From: an uncultured bacterium
GTDB lineage: Bacteria; Fidelibacterota; Marinisomatia; Marinisomatales; JAHJCW01
DNA length: 64,000 nt
Assembly (NCBI GenBank): GCA_964634215.1
Contig: CAZWKR010000010.1
Coordinates: 42,167 to 106,166 of the forward strand
Reading direction: 5' to 3'
The notes beneath the pieces are model-generated. The model searched no databases. It saw only the letters and a program-made list of their open reading frames with translations, and was not told where the DNA came from. Of this stretch, positions 44,202 through 53,128 are shown piece after piece. Within the stretch, counting starts at the first letter, position 1. The number at the start of each line of letters is the position of its first letter. A program made the translations under genes and the position numbers.

Positions 44202-44933
44202 ATGAAAAAATTAAGTATAATAATATTTAGCGTACTATTACTTTATAATTGTGATAATTCGCCCAGTAAAGTTTTAGAAAAAGGTAATAAGTATATTGCA
44301 AATTCTGAATTTGAAAAAGCAATAAAAACATACCAAAATATTATTGATAAATTTCCTGATGATTCGTTAGTTCAAACTGCCCGGTATAATATTGCCTGGA
44401 TTGAGTTAGATGATAAAAATGATTATTCTAAGGGATTTGAATTGCTGAATACAATCGCAGAAAAATATCCTGAAACACTAATTGGAAAATCAGCTAGAGA
44501 AGATATTCAAAATTTTCCTAAATGGCTCATGATAAAATCTTCAGAACTCCGTAGCGATACTACTATAAGTGAAGCGATTAGTACGATTGATTACCTAATT
44601 AGCAAGTTTAATGATAATCCAATAATTCCTGAAGCGTTGTATTTAAAAGGTAATATTTACTTAAATGATAAAAAGGATTTTTATAGAGCACTAAATACAT
44701 ATCAGGAAATTATTCATAAATATAAAGGGTCAAGTTTTGAATCTATGTCACAATTTATGATTGGTTATATTTATGCAAATGTTCAGATCAATATACCGAA
44801 GGCTAAAGTTGCATATCAAACTTTTTTGCAAAATTATCCGGAACATGAATTGGCTCCGTCAGTACAATTTGAATTGGAATATTTAGGAAAAAATATAGAT
44901 AATATTGATGAGCTTACATCAAGGAATAAGTAA
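44202..44933 (+). CDS. Tetratricopeptide-repeat lipoprotein
   Basis: Lipobox LYNC; repeated helical TPR units (YQNIIDKFPD, EALYLKG, FLQNYPEHELAP). Confidence 0.8.
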   Translation: MKKLSIIIFSVLLLYNCDNSPSKVLEKGNKYIANSEFEKAIKTYQNIIDKFPDDSLVQTARYNIAWIELDDKNDYSKGFELLNTIAEKYPETLIGKSAREDIQNFPKWLMIKSSELRSDTTISEAISTIDYLISKFNDNPIIPEALYLKGNIYLNDKKDFYRALNTYQEIIHKYKGSSFESMSQFMIGYIYANVQINIPKAKVAYQTFLQNYPEHELAPSVQFELEYLGKNIDNIDELTSRNK

Positions 44934-44941
44934 TAAGACAT

Positions 44942-45937
44942 ATGACTAATTTTAATCTTGCCGAGATAAACGACAAAATTTTAACAGAATCAGTATTTAT
45001 TGATGATTTACGCAATGCGTTTGCGCAAAAAATTGTAGGTCAGGAAGAAATTGTAAATAAAATATTTATCGGATTGCTCGCAAACGGACATGTTCTATTG
45101 GAAGGTGTCCCAGGTCTTGCTAAAACGCTAATGGCAAACACAATTTCTCAATTAATAGACGTTAAGTTTCAACGTGTACAATTCACACCGGACATGTTAC
45201 CGGCCGATTTACTTGGTACACTAATATATAATCAAAAAATGAGTGAATTTGAGACCAGGAAAGGTCCGATATTTTCTAACTTGATATTAGCAGATGAAAT
45301 TAATCGGGCACCTGCAAAAGTGCAAAGCGCTTTATTGGAAGCGATGCAAGAACGGCAAGTTACTATCGGTGAAAATACATTTTCTCTTGAGCCACCATTT
45401 TTAGTTATAGCAACCCAAAATCCGATTGAGCAAGAAGGCACTTATCCATTACCGGAAGCTCAAGTTGATAGATTCATGTTAAAATTAAAAGTAAATTATC
45501 CCCATAAAGATGATGAACGTTCAATCATTAGGCAAGAAGCAAAAACTGATAATGTACCTGCACCCAAACCGATTATTACAAATCAGGAATTATTTGCAGC
45601 ACAAAAAACAATAAATGATATTTATGTTGATGAAAAAGTCGAGGAGTATATTTTAAATTTAGTATTTGCAACGAGAGACCCAAAAAAATATGGATTGGAG
45701 GATCTTCGCAACTTAGTTGAATATGGTGCTTCACCACGGGCATCAATAAACTTAGTATTAGCTTCAAAAGCACGTGCATTTATAGAGCATCGTGGATATA
45801 TTACACCTGAAGACGTTCGTTACATAGGCGCTGATATATTACGTCATCGAATAATTCTTACTTACGAAGCAGAAGCTGAAGAAATAACATCTGATGATAT
45901 CGTACAAAGACTTTTCGATACAATTGAAGTACCCTAA
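44942..45937 (+). CDS. moxR: MoxR-family AAA+ ATPase
   Basis: GVPGLAKT, QFTPDMLPAD, DEINRAPAKVQSALLEAMQE, YPLPEAQVDRF. Confidence 0.93.
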   Translation: MTNFNLAEINDKILTESVFIDDLRNAFAQKIVGQEEIVNKIFIGLLANGHVLLEGVPGLAKTLMANTISQLIDVKFQRVQFTPDMLPADLLGTLIYNQKMSEFETRKGPIFSNLILADEINRAPAKVQSALLEAMQERQVTIGENTFSLEPPFLVIATQNPIEQEGTYPLPEAQVDRFMLKLKVNYPHKDDERSIIRQEAKTDNVPAPKPIITNQELFAAQKTINDIYVDEKVEEYILNLVFATRDPKKYGLEDLRNLVEYGASPRASINLVLASKARAFIEHRGYITPEDVRYIGADILRHRIILTYEAEAEEITSDDIVQRLFDTIEVP

Positions 45938-45948
45938 AACTATTTAAT

Positions 45949-46824
45949 ATGATTCCAAAAGAAATTCTACGTAAAGTACGACATATTGAAATTCGTACAC
46001 GTGGATTAGTAAATGATTTATTTGGCGGTGAATATCATTCCGTATTTAAAGGAAGAGGAATGACCTTCTCAGAAGTACGAGAATACCAACCTGGAGATGA
46101 TATTCGATTGATTGATTGGAATGTAACCGCGCGTTCTAGCCAACCGCATGTAAAAGTATTTGAAGAAGAGCGAGAACTTACAGTTTATTTAGTAGTTGAT
46201 ATCAGCTCTTCAGGAAGTTTTGGATCAAAAGATAAATTTAAGAAAGATATTGGTACTGAAATAGCTGCAGTCTTAGGTTTTTCAGCTATAAAAAATAAAG
46301 ATAGAGTCGGTGTGATACTATTTTCAAACGAAATTGAAAAATATATCCCGCCCAAAAAAGGTAAATCGCATGTACTGCGTGTAATTAGGGAATTACTATA
46401 TCATAAGCCACAAGAACAGGGTACTAATTTGAAATCAGTATTAGATTTTTTGTTAAAAGTGGCAAAAAGGCGCAGTGTTGTTTTTATTATTTCAGATTTT
46501 TTAGATGAAGATTATTGGAAACAATTACGAATGGTGAACCAAAAACATGATGTGATCGGAATCCGAATATTTGATCCGGCAGAATTAGATTTTCCAAATA
46601 TTGGACATCAAAAAATACATGATCCTGAATCTGGAGAAACATTCTGGATTGATACAAAAAAATCTAAAGAGCGAGATGCTTATAAGCAAGAAGTGTTACA
46701 ACAATTCAAAAATATTAAAAAAGAATGTGACCGTATACAATTCGATTTAATTGACATTGCTACTAATGAAGATTTTGTTGAACCTCTAATGAGATATTTT
46801 AAGTTGCGTGAACATCGTTATTAA
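45949..46824 (+). CDS. DUF58 (vWA-like) protein
   Basis: EVREYQPGDDIRLIDWNVTAR, DISSS MIDAS-like motif, ISDF. Confidence 0.9.
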   Translation: MIPKEILRKVRHIEIRTRGLVNDLFGGEYHSVFKGRGMTFSEVREYQPGDDIRLIDWNVTARSSQPHVKVFEEERELTVYLVVDISSSGSFGSKDKFKKDIGTEIAAVLGFSAIKNKDRVGVILFSNEIEKYIPPKKGKSHVLRVIRELLYHKPQEQGTNLKSVLDFLLKVAKRRSVVFIISDFLDEDYWKQLRMVNQKHDVIGIRIFDPAELDFPNIGHQKIHDPESGETFWIDTKKSKERDAYKQEVLQQFKNIKKECDRIQFDLIDIATNEDFVEPLMRYFKLREHRY

Positions 46825-46827
46825 CAA

Positions 46828-47718
46828 ATGCTTCGGATTTTTTTTATATTTATAATATTATTTATCGGGTGTGAACCTGAAAATGATCCCGCATCTCTAC
46901 AAGTTCAAGTTGATATTGATACAACAATTGCCAGAATTGGTGATATAATAAATCTTGGTGTCACAACACAAAATGCGCGTAGCAGGATTGTGGTATTTCC
47001 TAATATCCTAGAAACAGAATCAATGGAAATCCGTAATAAAGAGATACATACCATTTGGAACAAACCATACAAAGTTAATTTTAAAATCGTATTTTGGGAT
47101 ACAGGCAGTTTTACAATTCCTGAATATCCGGTAGAAATCTTAAAAGCTGATTCTACAAAAGATATTATTATTAATACTGATGCAATCGATATAAAAATCA
47201 TTTCAATGTTGACCGGAGTCGAAGATACCAATCTACGTCCAATAAAGGATCCAATAGCTTTGAAAAAACCAATTAATTGGTATAGATGGACTTTAGCTGT
47301 TATCTTATTCTTTTTATTACTGTCACTAGTAGTTCTTGGGCGAAAAAGAACAAGAAAAAAGTCTTTAAATAAAATAGAAGTTTCAGAATATCAATCTGCA
47401 CAAGACATTGCTCTTGGGAGACTTGATGAATTGAAGTATATGATAAATTCAGATAATAAAATTTTCTATTTACAAACATCATTCATTTTACGGGAATTCA
47501 TCGAAAATCGATATTATGTAAGAGCATTGGAAATGACAACTGCTGAGATAAGAGTGTTTAAATCTGTATACGAGTTACAAAAAAATGATTTCGAGAGTTT
47601 GATCAATTTACTTAATCGTGCTGATCTAGCTAAGTTTGCCAAATTTGAGTTTGCAATTCCTGAGAGGCAAGATGATTATAAGTGGATGCTGGACTTTATT
47701 TCAAATATTAATGATTAG
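46828..47718 (+). CDS. Bat-operon-associated membrane/lipoprotein
   Basis: Lipobox-like FIGC, Ig-like domain, TM helix, ALEMTT and ADLAKFAK motifs; position after moxR-DUF58. Confidence 0.65.
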   Translation: MLRIFFIFIILFIGCEPENDPASLQVQVDIDTTIARIGDIINLGVTTQNARSRIVVFPNILETESMEIRNKEIHTIWNKPYKVNFKIVFWDTGSFTIPEYPVEILKADSTKDIIINTDAIDIKIISMLTGVEDTNLRPIKDPIALKKPINWYRWTLAVILFFLLLSLVVLGRKRTRKKSLNKIEVSEYQSAQDIALGRLDELKYMINSDNKIFYLQTSFILREFIENRYYVRALEMTTAEIRVFKSVYELQKNDFESLINLLNRADLAKFAKFEFAIPERQDDYKWMLDFISNIND

Positions 47719-47858
47719 TAAATGCGGTGTATTTTATTACCTCTTTAAATCGTCATCAATCTAGGTTCTCGACAAATATCTTAATATATAATATTATTCA
47801 AAAATTTGAACTATGACTACATTATGTTAAATTTTATGCTCTAAAATAAGGATTATAT

Positions 47859-48422
47859 ATGGCGACAACCGCAGATATTAAAAACGGTGTAGTAATATTA
47901 CATAAAGACAAACGGATGAAGGTAATCGAATTTCAACATGTGAAACCAGGTAAGGGTGGGGCATTTGTACGTACTAAACTAAAAGATTTACTTACAGGTA
48001 AAATCATTGATCATACTTTTAACGCCGGAGCTCGCATTGTCTACGTGCGTATTGAGGCAAAAAAGATGCAATACTTATACGAAGATGGAGATTCGTTTTA
48101 CTTTATGGATAACGATACTTATGAACAAATTACAGTCAGTGAATCTGTTGTTTCGGAATCAAAAAATTTTATGATAGCAGGTATGAATGTAGAATTACTT
48201 TTTGACGGTTCTGAGGTATTAGATGTTCGCATTCCCTTACATGTAAATTTGAAGGTGACTGAAACTGAGCCGGGTTTTAAGGGAAATACTGCAACCGGTG
48301 CAACAAAGCCGGCAACAGTAGAAACGGGATATACTCTCCAAGTCCCACTTTTTATTGATACTGATGATATTTTAAGAATAGATACTCGATCAGGCGAGTA
48401 TATTGAAAGAGCAAAATCGTAA
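47859..48422 (+). CDS. efp: Elongation factor P
   Basis: HVKPGKGGAFVRTKLK, PGFKGNTA, VPLFI, DTRSGEYIER. Confidence 0.97.
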   Translation: MATTADIKNGVVILHKDKRMKVIEFQHVKPGKGGAFVRTKLKDLLTGKIIDHTFNAGARIVYVRIEAKKMQYLYEDGDSFYFMDNDTYEQITVSESVVSESKNFMIAGMNVELLFDGSEVLDVRIPLHVNLKVTETEPGFKGNTATGATKPATVETGYTLQVPLFIDTDDILRIDTRSGEYIERAKS

Positions 48423-48439
48423 TTTTATTGAGGTCTTTT

Positions 48440-48892
48440 ATGTGGCAAGATAAACTTAAAGAAATTATATACTTATTAGAAAATAGTGAAGTTAACGAAA
48501 TAGAGGCATCTTTTTGGGGACGTAAATATCGAGTTGTAAAAAGTCCAGCGATAATAGCGGGAGGTAGTTTTACTAAAAACGCTGATTATGAAAGTACTGT
48601 AGATGAATCAACGCCGGTCAAGATTGTACATACTAAACCAGTTATAGATTCAAATGATCACGAAAGGATTTTATCTCCTATGCCAGGAACATTCTATACT
48701 GCATCATCACCGGAAAGTCCAAATTATGTGAAAATTGGTGACAAGGTTTCAAAAGGCGATACCCTTTGTATTATTGAGGCAATGAAAATAATGAATGAGA
48801 TTGAAGCAGAAAAAGATGGAACTATACAATCAATTTTAGTAAACAGTGGACAACCTGTTGAATACAACCAACCTCTGTTTGAGATAGAATAA
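48440..48892 (+). CDS. accB: Acetyl-CoA carboxylase biotin carboxyl carrier protein
   Basis: SPMPGTFY, EAMKIMNEI biotinylation motif; ATG 48440 preferred as start. Confidence 0.93.
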   Translation: MWQDKLKEIIYLLENSEVNEIEASFWGRKYRVVKSPAIIAGGSFTKNADYESTVDESTPVKIVHTKPVIDSNDHERILSPMPGTFYTASSPESPNYVKIGDKVSKGDTLCIIEAMKIMNEIEAEKDGTIQSILVNSGQPVEYNQPLFEIE

Positions 48893-48902
48893 ATAATACA
48901 AA

Positions 48903-50261
48903 ATGTTCAAGAAAATTCTAATTGCTAATCGTGGTGAGATTGCTTTAAGGATTATCCGTGCCTGTCATGAATTAGGGATTAAAGTAGTAGCAGTTTATTC
49001 GACAGCTGATGAGTATTCTTTACATGTCAAATTTGCCGATGAAGCAGTCTGCATTGGTCCTGGACCAAGCAGTGAAAGTTATTTAAATATACCAAGAATC
49101 ATAGCGGCCGGTGAAATAACTAACGCCGATGCAATTCATCCAGGTTACGGATTTTTAGCAGAAGATGCCAATTTCTCTCATGTTTGTTCCCAAAATAATT
49201 TTGCGTATATCGGACCTACTGCTGAAATAATCAATGCTATGGGCAATAAATCAGCAGCAAAATCTACGATGGAAGCAGCAAATGTTCCGGTGATACCCGG
49301 AAGTAATGATATAATTGCCAATTCTCAAGAAGCAAAAAAAACAGCTTTGAAGATTGGACTTCCGGTAATGTTTAAAGCATCAGCGGGCGGTGGAGGAAAA
49401 GGAATGCGCTTTGTTAGTACTATTGATGAAGCTGAAAATGCTTTTAAAACAGCTCAAGCTGAATCCCTGGCTGCGTTTGGAAATGGCGATATTTATGTAG
49501 AAAAATTTATCGAAAATCCTCGACATATTGAATTACAAATATTAGCTGATAGTTATGGAAACGCAGTCCATCTCGGTGAACGTGAATGTTCAGTACAAAG
49601 ACGTCATCAAAAATTGATTGAAGAATCTCCGTCAGCTGTAGTTGATAAAAAATTACGGAAAAAATTAGGTCGAGCAGCTGTGACCGCTGTAAAATCAGTT
49701 GGCTATGTCGGGGTAGGAACCGTAGAATTTTTATTAGACAAAAATAAAGATTTCTATTTTATGGAAATGAACACTAGAATTCAAGTTGAGCATCCGATTA
49801 CAGAAATGGTAACTGGTGCTGATTTAATAAAACAACAGATAAAAATGCATGCTGGAGAAAAAGTCCCTGACCACTTAAAACGAATTGAATTGAACGGTCA
49901 CTCAATTGAATGTCGAATTAATGCCGAGGACCCGGAAAAGAATTTTTCTCCATCTCCAATGCCAATCACTAGTTTTCATATGCCGGGTGGAAAGGGTGTC
50001 CGGATAGATACACATGCGTACGCTGGATATGAAATTCCGACTTATTATGATTCTATGATCGGGAAATTAATTGTCCATGCTTCAACAAGAGATAGGGCAA
50101 TAACTAGGATGCGACAAGCTTTATCGGAATGCGTAATTGAAGGACCAAAGACAACAATTCCATATCATAAGCAAATATTAGATGATGAACGATTTATAAG
50201 CGGTGAATATGACACAAGTTTTTTAGAAACATTTGAATTTAAAATGGATAAAAATAATTAG
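48903..50261 (+). CDS. accC: Biotin carboxylase
   Basis: [32 protein letters not shown]. Confidence 0.96.
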   Translation: MFKKILIANRGEIALRIIRACHELGIKVVAVYSTADEYSLHVKFADEAVCIGPGPSSESYLNIPRIIAAGEITNADAIHPGYGFLAEDANFSHVCSQNNFAYIGPTAEIINAMGNKSAAKSTMEAANVPVIPGSNDIIANSQEAKKTALKIGLPVMFKASAGGGGKGMRFVSTIDEAENAFKTAQAESLAAFGNGDIYVEKFIENPRHIELQILADSYGNAVHLGERECSVQRRHQKLIEESPSAVVDKKLRKKLGRAAVTAVKSVGYVGVGTVEFLLDKNKDFYFMEMNTRIQVEHPITEMVTGADLIKQQIKMHAGEKVPDHLKRIELNGHSIECRINAEDPEKNFSPSPMPITSFHMPGGKGVRIDTHAYAGYEIPTYYDSMIGKLIVHASTRDRAITRMRQALSECVIEGPKTTIPYHKQILDDERFISGEYDTSFLETFEFKMDKNN

Positions 50262-50280
50262 TAATTAAAGGAAAATATTA

Positions 50281-50658
50281 ATGAATGTACCAAAAGATTT
50301 GATGTATACAAATGATCATGAATGGGCAAAATTTGACAATAATATTGTAACTATTGGCATAACCGATTTTGCGCAAGGTGAGCTTGGGGATATTATTTTC
50401 GTTGAATTACCGGAAGTAGGTAAAGAAATAGAGAAAGATGAAGCATTTGGTACAATAGAAGCTGTTAAAACAGTTTCTGACCTTGTATCTCCCGTCACAG
50501 GTAAAGTAGTAGAAATAAATAATGAAATTGAAGATTCACCTGAGTTTGTGAATGAAGATTGCTATGGTAAAGGGTGGTTTGTAAAAATTGAACTTAACGA
50601 ACTAAGCGCAAAAGACGAGATGTTAAGTGCCGGAGATTATCAAGACATAATTGGATAA
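50281..50658 (+). CDS. gcvH: Glycine cleavage system H protein
   Basis: HEW, GITDFAQGELGDI, EAVKTVSD lipoyl-Lys. Confidence 0.96.
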   Translation: MNVPKDLMYTNDHEWAKFDNNIVTIGITDFAQGELGDIIFVELPEVGKEIEKDEAFGTIEAVKTVSDLVSPVTGKVVEINNEIEDSPEFVNEDCYGKGWFVKIELNELSAKDEMLSAGDYQDIIG

Positions 50659-50666
50659 TTATTTTT

Positions 50667-51416
50667 ATGAAAACTAAAATCTATCATTATCTACTTGATA
50701 TAGTTGAGAAAAAAGGTGCGGGATATTTTGTATTAATTGATCCAGATCAAAAAAATCATTCAAATATCGAGGAGCTTGTCCAAGCTGCAAATGAGTCAGA
50801 AGTTGATGCATTGCTAGTAGGCGGCAGTTTAATGATGGATGCCGGAAATCATGATAGAGTTGGTAAGATTAAAAAGAATGCTAAAATGCCGATTATCTTC
50901 TTCCCCGGAGGTGTAACCCAATTAAATGGTCACTATGACGCAATGTTTTTCATGTCGCTTTTATCAGGTAGAAATCCACATTATTTAATCGGGGAACAGG
51001 CAATCGCGGCTCCTGTTGTAAAAGATATCGGAATAGAAACAATTCCGATGGGATATTTACTTTTGGACGGTGGAACTACTACAACAGTTGAATTCATGAG
51101 CAGTACAAAACCTATCCCGATGGATCGACCTGATATTACCGTCGCCCACGCATTAGCAGCTCAGTATTTGGGAAAGAAATTAGTTTATTTAGAATCCGGA
51201 AGTGGTGCAAAGATTCCTATATCATCAAAAACTATAGAAGCAGTTAATAGACAAGTTGAAATACCTGTAATTGTTGGCGGTGGGATAAAAACCCCGGAAG
51301 AGGCAGAAAAAAGAGTAAAAGCGGGTGCAAGTTTTATTGTAACAGGGACTGTTACCGAGAAATTGGGAAATTTATCAATTATGAAAGATTTTTCCGAAGC
51401 AATTCATCAGAAATAA
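50667..51416 (+). CDS. Geranylgeranylglyceryl phosphate synthase family protein (group II)
   Basis: LIDPD, VGGS, FPG, LLSGRNPHYLIGEQ, YLESGSGA, VGGGI. Confidence 0.88.
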   Translation: MKTKIYHYLLDIVEKKGAGYFVLIDPDQKNHSNIEELVQAANESEVDALLVGGSLMMDAGNHDRVGKIKKNAKMPIIFFPGGVTQLNGHYDAMFFMSLLSGRNPHYLIGEQAIAAPVVKDIGIETIPMGYLLLDGGTTTTVEFMSSTKPIPMDRPDITVAHALAAQYLGKKLVYLESGSGAKIPISSKTIEAVNRQVEIPVIVGGGIKTPEEAEKRVKAGASFIVTGTVTEKLGNLSIMKDFSEAIHQK

Positions 51417-51444
51417 ATTTCTATTAAATAATTAATAATTTATT

Positions 51445-52338
51445 TTGAATAAACTTCTCAAAGATTACATTATTTTTCTGCGAATTGAGAAAAACCTTTC
51501 TCAGAATACTATCGAAGCATACCAAAGAGATTTAAAAAGGTATTTGCATTTTCTAGAGACGGATGAAGGTATTACAGACTTAAATAAAATTAAACAGAAA
51601 CATATTCGGAAATATATTCGAATATTAAATGATGTTCACTTATCTATAACAAGTATTAACCGTGCCTTTTCTTCGATTCGGTCATTTCACAATTATTTAT
51701 CCGGTGAGGATATTGTAAAATCGAATCCGGTATTGTTATTAGATACACCGAAGGCTCCAAGAAAATTACCTATTGTTCTTACACCGCAGGAGATTGAAGC
51801 AATATTAGATGCTATTGATGTTTCCAAAGAATTGGGAATCCGTGATTTAGCTGTGTTGGAAATATTATATTCAGGTGGATTGCGAGTATCTGAACTCTGC
51901 AATTTAAAGTTAACAGATATACTGCTTGATGCTGAGATGCTGCGTGTTACAGGGAAGGGGAATAAGCAAAGATTAGTACCTTTAGGTCCACGGGCTATAA
52001 GATGTCTTGATAAATATTTTAAACGCGTACGACCATCGTTTGCGAGGAAAAATCAAAATCAAGGTAGAATATTTCTAAGCCGAAACGGCAAGCCTCTAAC
52101 CCGTATGATGGTATGGATAATAATTAAAAAGTGGGTTAACTTCACCGATATTAAGAAAGATATCAGTCCACATACGTTAAGACATTCTTTTGCTACACAT
52201 TTATTAGAAGGTGGTGCAGATTTGCGAGCTGTTCAGGAAATGCTCGGTCATACCGATATATCTACAACACAAATTTATACTCATTTAGATAAAGAATATC
52301 TAAAAGAAGTTCACAGAACATTTCATCCAAGGTGGTAA
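51445..52338 (+). CDS. xerD: Site-specific tyrosine recombinase XerD
   Basis: LSQNTIEAYQRDL, GLRVSEL, GKGNKQRLVP, SPHTLRHSFATHLL, LGH, TTQIYTH, HPR. Confidence 0.9.
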   Translation: MNKLLKDYIIFLRIEKNLSQNTIEAYQRDLKRYLHFLETDEGITDLNKIKQKHIRKYIRILNDVHLSITSINRAFSSIRSFHNYLSGEDIVKSNPVLLLDTPKAPRKLPIVLTPQEIEAILDAIDVSKELGIRDLAVLEILYSGGLRVSELCNLKLTDILLDAEMLRVTGKGNKQRLVPLGPRAIRCLDKYFKRVRPSFARKNQNQGRIFLSRNGKPLTRMMVWIIIKKWVNFTDIKKDISPHTLRHSFATHLLEGGADLRAVQEMLGHTDISTTQIYTHLDKEYLKEVHRTFHPRW

Positions 52339-52339
52339 T

Positions 52340-52984
52340 ATGGGAATTTATGCATTAGATCCTGCTGTACAAGTAATATTGATTCCGATAATAGTATTTG
52401 CTCTATCATTCCATGAATTTTCACATGGTTGGATGGCGCACAGATATGGTGATCCAACCGCCAAACTAGCAGGTAGACTTACGTTAAATCCAATGGCTCA
52501 TCTGGATGTATTTGGCTCATTAGCACTTTATTTAATGGGCTTTGGATGGGCAAAACCCGTGCCGGTCAATCCACAATATTTGGCTAATCCCAAAAAGGAC
52601 ATGATGTGGATTGCTCTTGCTGGTCCAGTGTCAAATTTAATAGTAGCACTGATTAGCGGTATCTTACTCAGTATATTACTTAGATTAGGACTTATTGGCA
52701 ATCAATCACCTTTAATAGTTGTTCTGATCATGAGCCTGCAAATTAATCTTGTTTTAGCGATATTTAATTTTATCCCAATCCCTCCACTAGACGGTTCACG
52801 GATACTAGAAGGTCTCATACCTAATAAATACCATAATGAATTGGCTAAATTTGAATATTATGGTCCACGAGTTCTTATGGGATTAATAATTCTAAGTATG
52901 TTCACAAGATTTAATATTTTCTCAATAATAATTTCTCCAATCATGACTATATTCCTAAAGCTATTTACATTTGGTATTTATTAG
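52340..52984 (+). CDS. Site-2 protease (M50) family protein
   Basis: HEFSH, GRLTLNP, AGPVSN, FNFIPIPPLDG. Confidence 0.92.
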   Translation: MGIYALDPAVQVILIPIIVFALSFHEFSHGWMAHRYGDPTAKLAGRLTLNPMAHLDVFGSLALYLMGFGWAKPVPVNPQYLANPKKDMMWIALAGPVSNLIVALISGILLSILLRLGLIGNQSPLIVVLIMSLQINLVLAIFNFIPIPPLDGSRILEGLIPNKYHNELAKFEYYGPRVLMGLIILSMFTRFNIFSIIISPIMTIFLKLFTFGIY

Positions 52985-53112
52985 TGGATAGAGAAACATA
53001 TTTTAGAAGATTAATTCCGCGTCGTCAACCAAAGCGATCATTTATATGGTTAATTGTGATGTTAATTGCTATTGTATTGTTAATAATGTATTTACAGCGT
53101 GTAATAACTTGA
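52984..53112 (+). CDS. Small 42-aa single-pass membrane protein (not in ORF track)
   Basis: GTG overlapping the upstream TAG; MDRETYFRRLIPRRQPKRSFIWLIVMLIAIVLLIMYLQRVIT; fills the gap before ftcD. Confidence 0.65.
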   Translation: MDRETYFRRLIPRRQPKRSFIWLIVMLIAIVLLIMYLQRVIT

Positions 53113-53128
53113 AAATTAAGGTAAACAA

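Noticed and set aside
51445..52338. xerD as the integron integrase for the nearby cassette
   Set aside because: It has ordinary XerD length and motifs, shows no IntI-specific insertion before the HxLRH box, and sits in a housekeeping run 4.4 kb from the cassette
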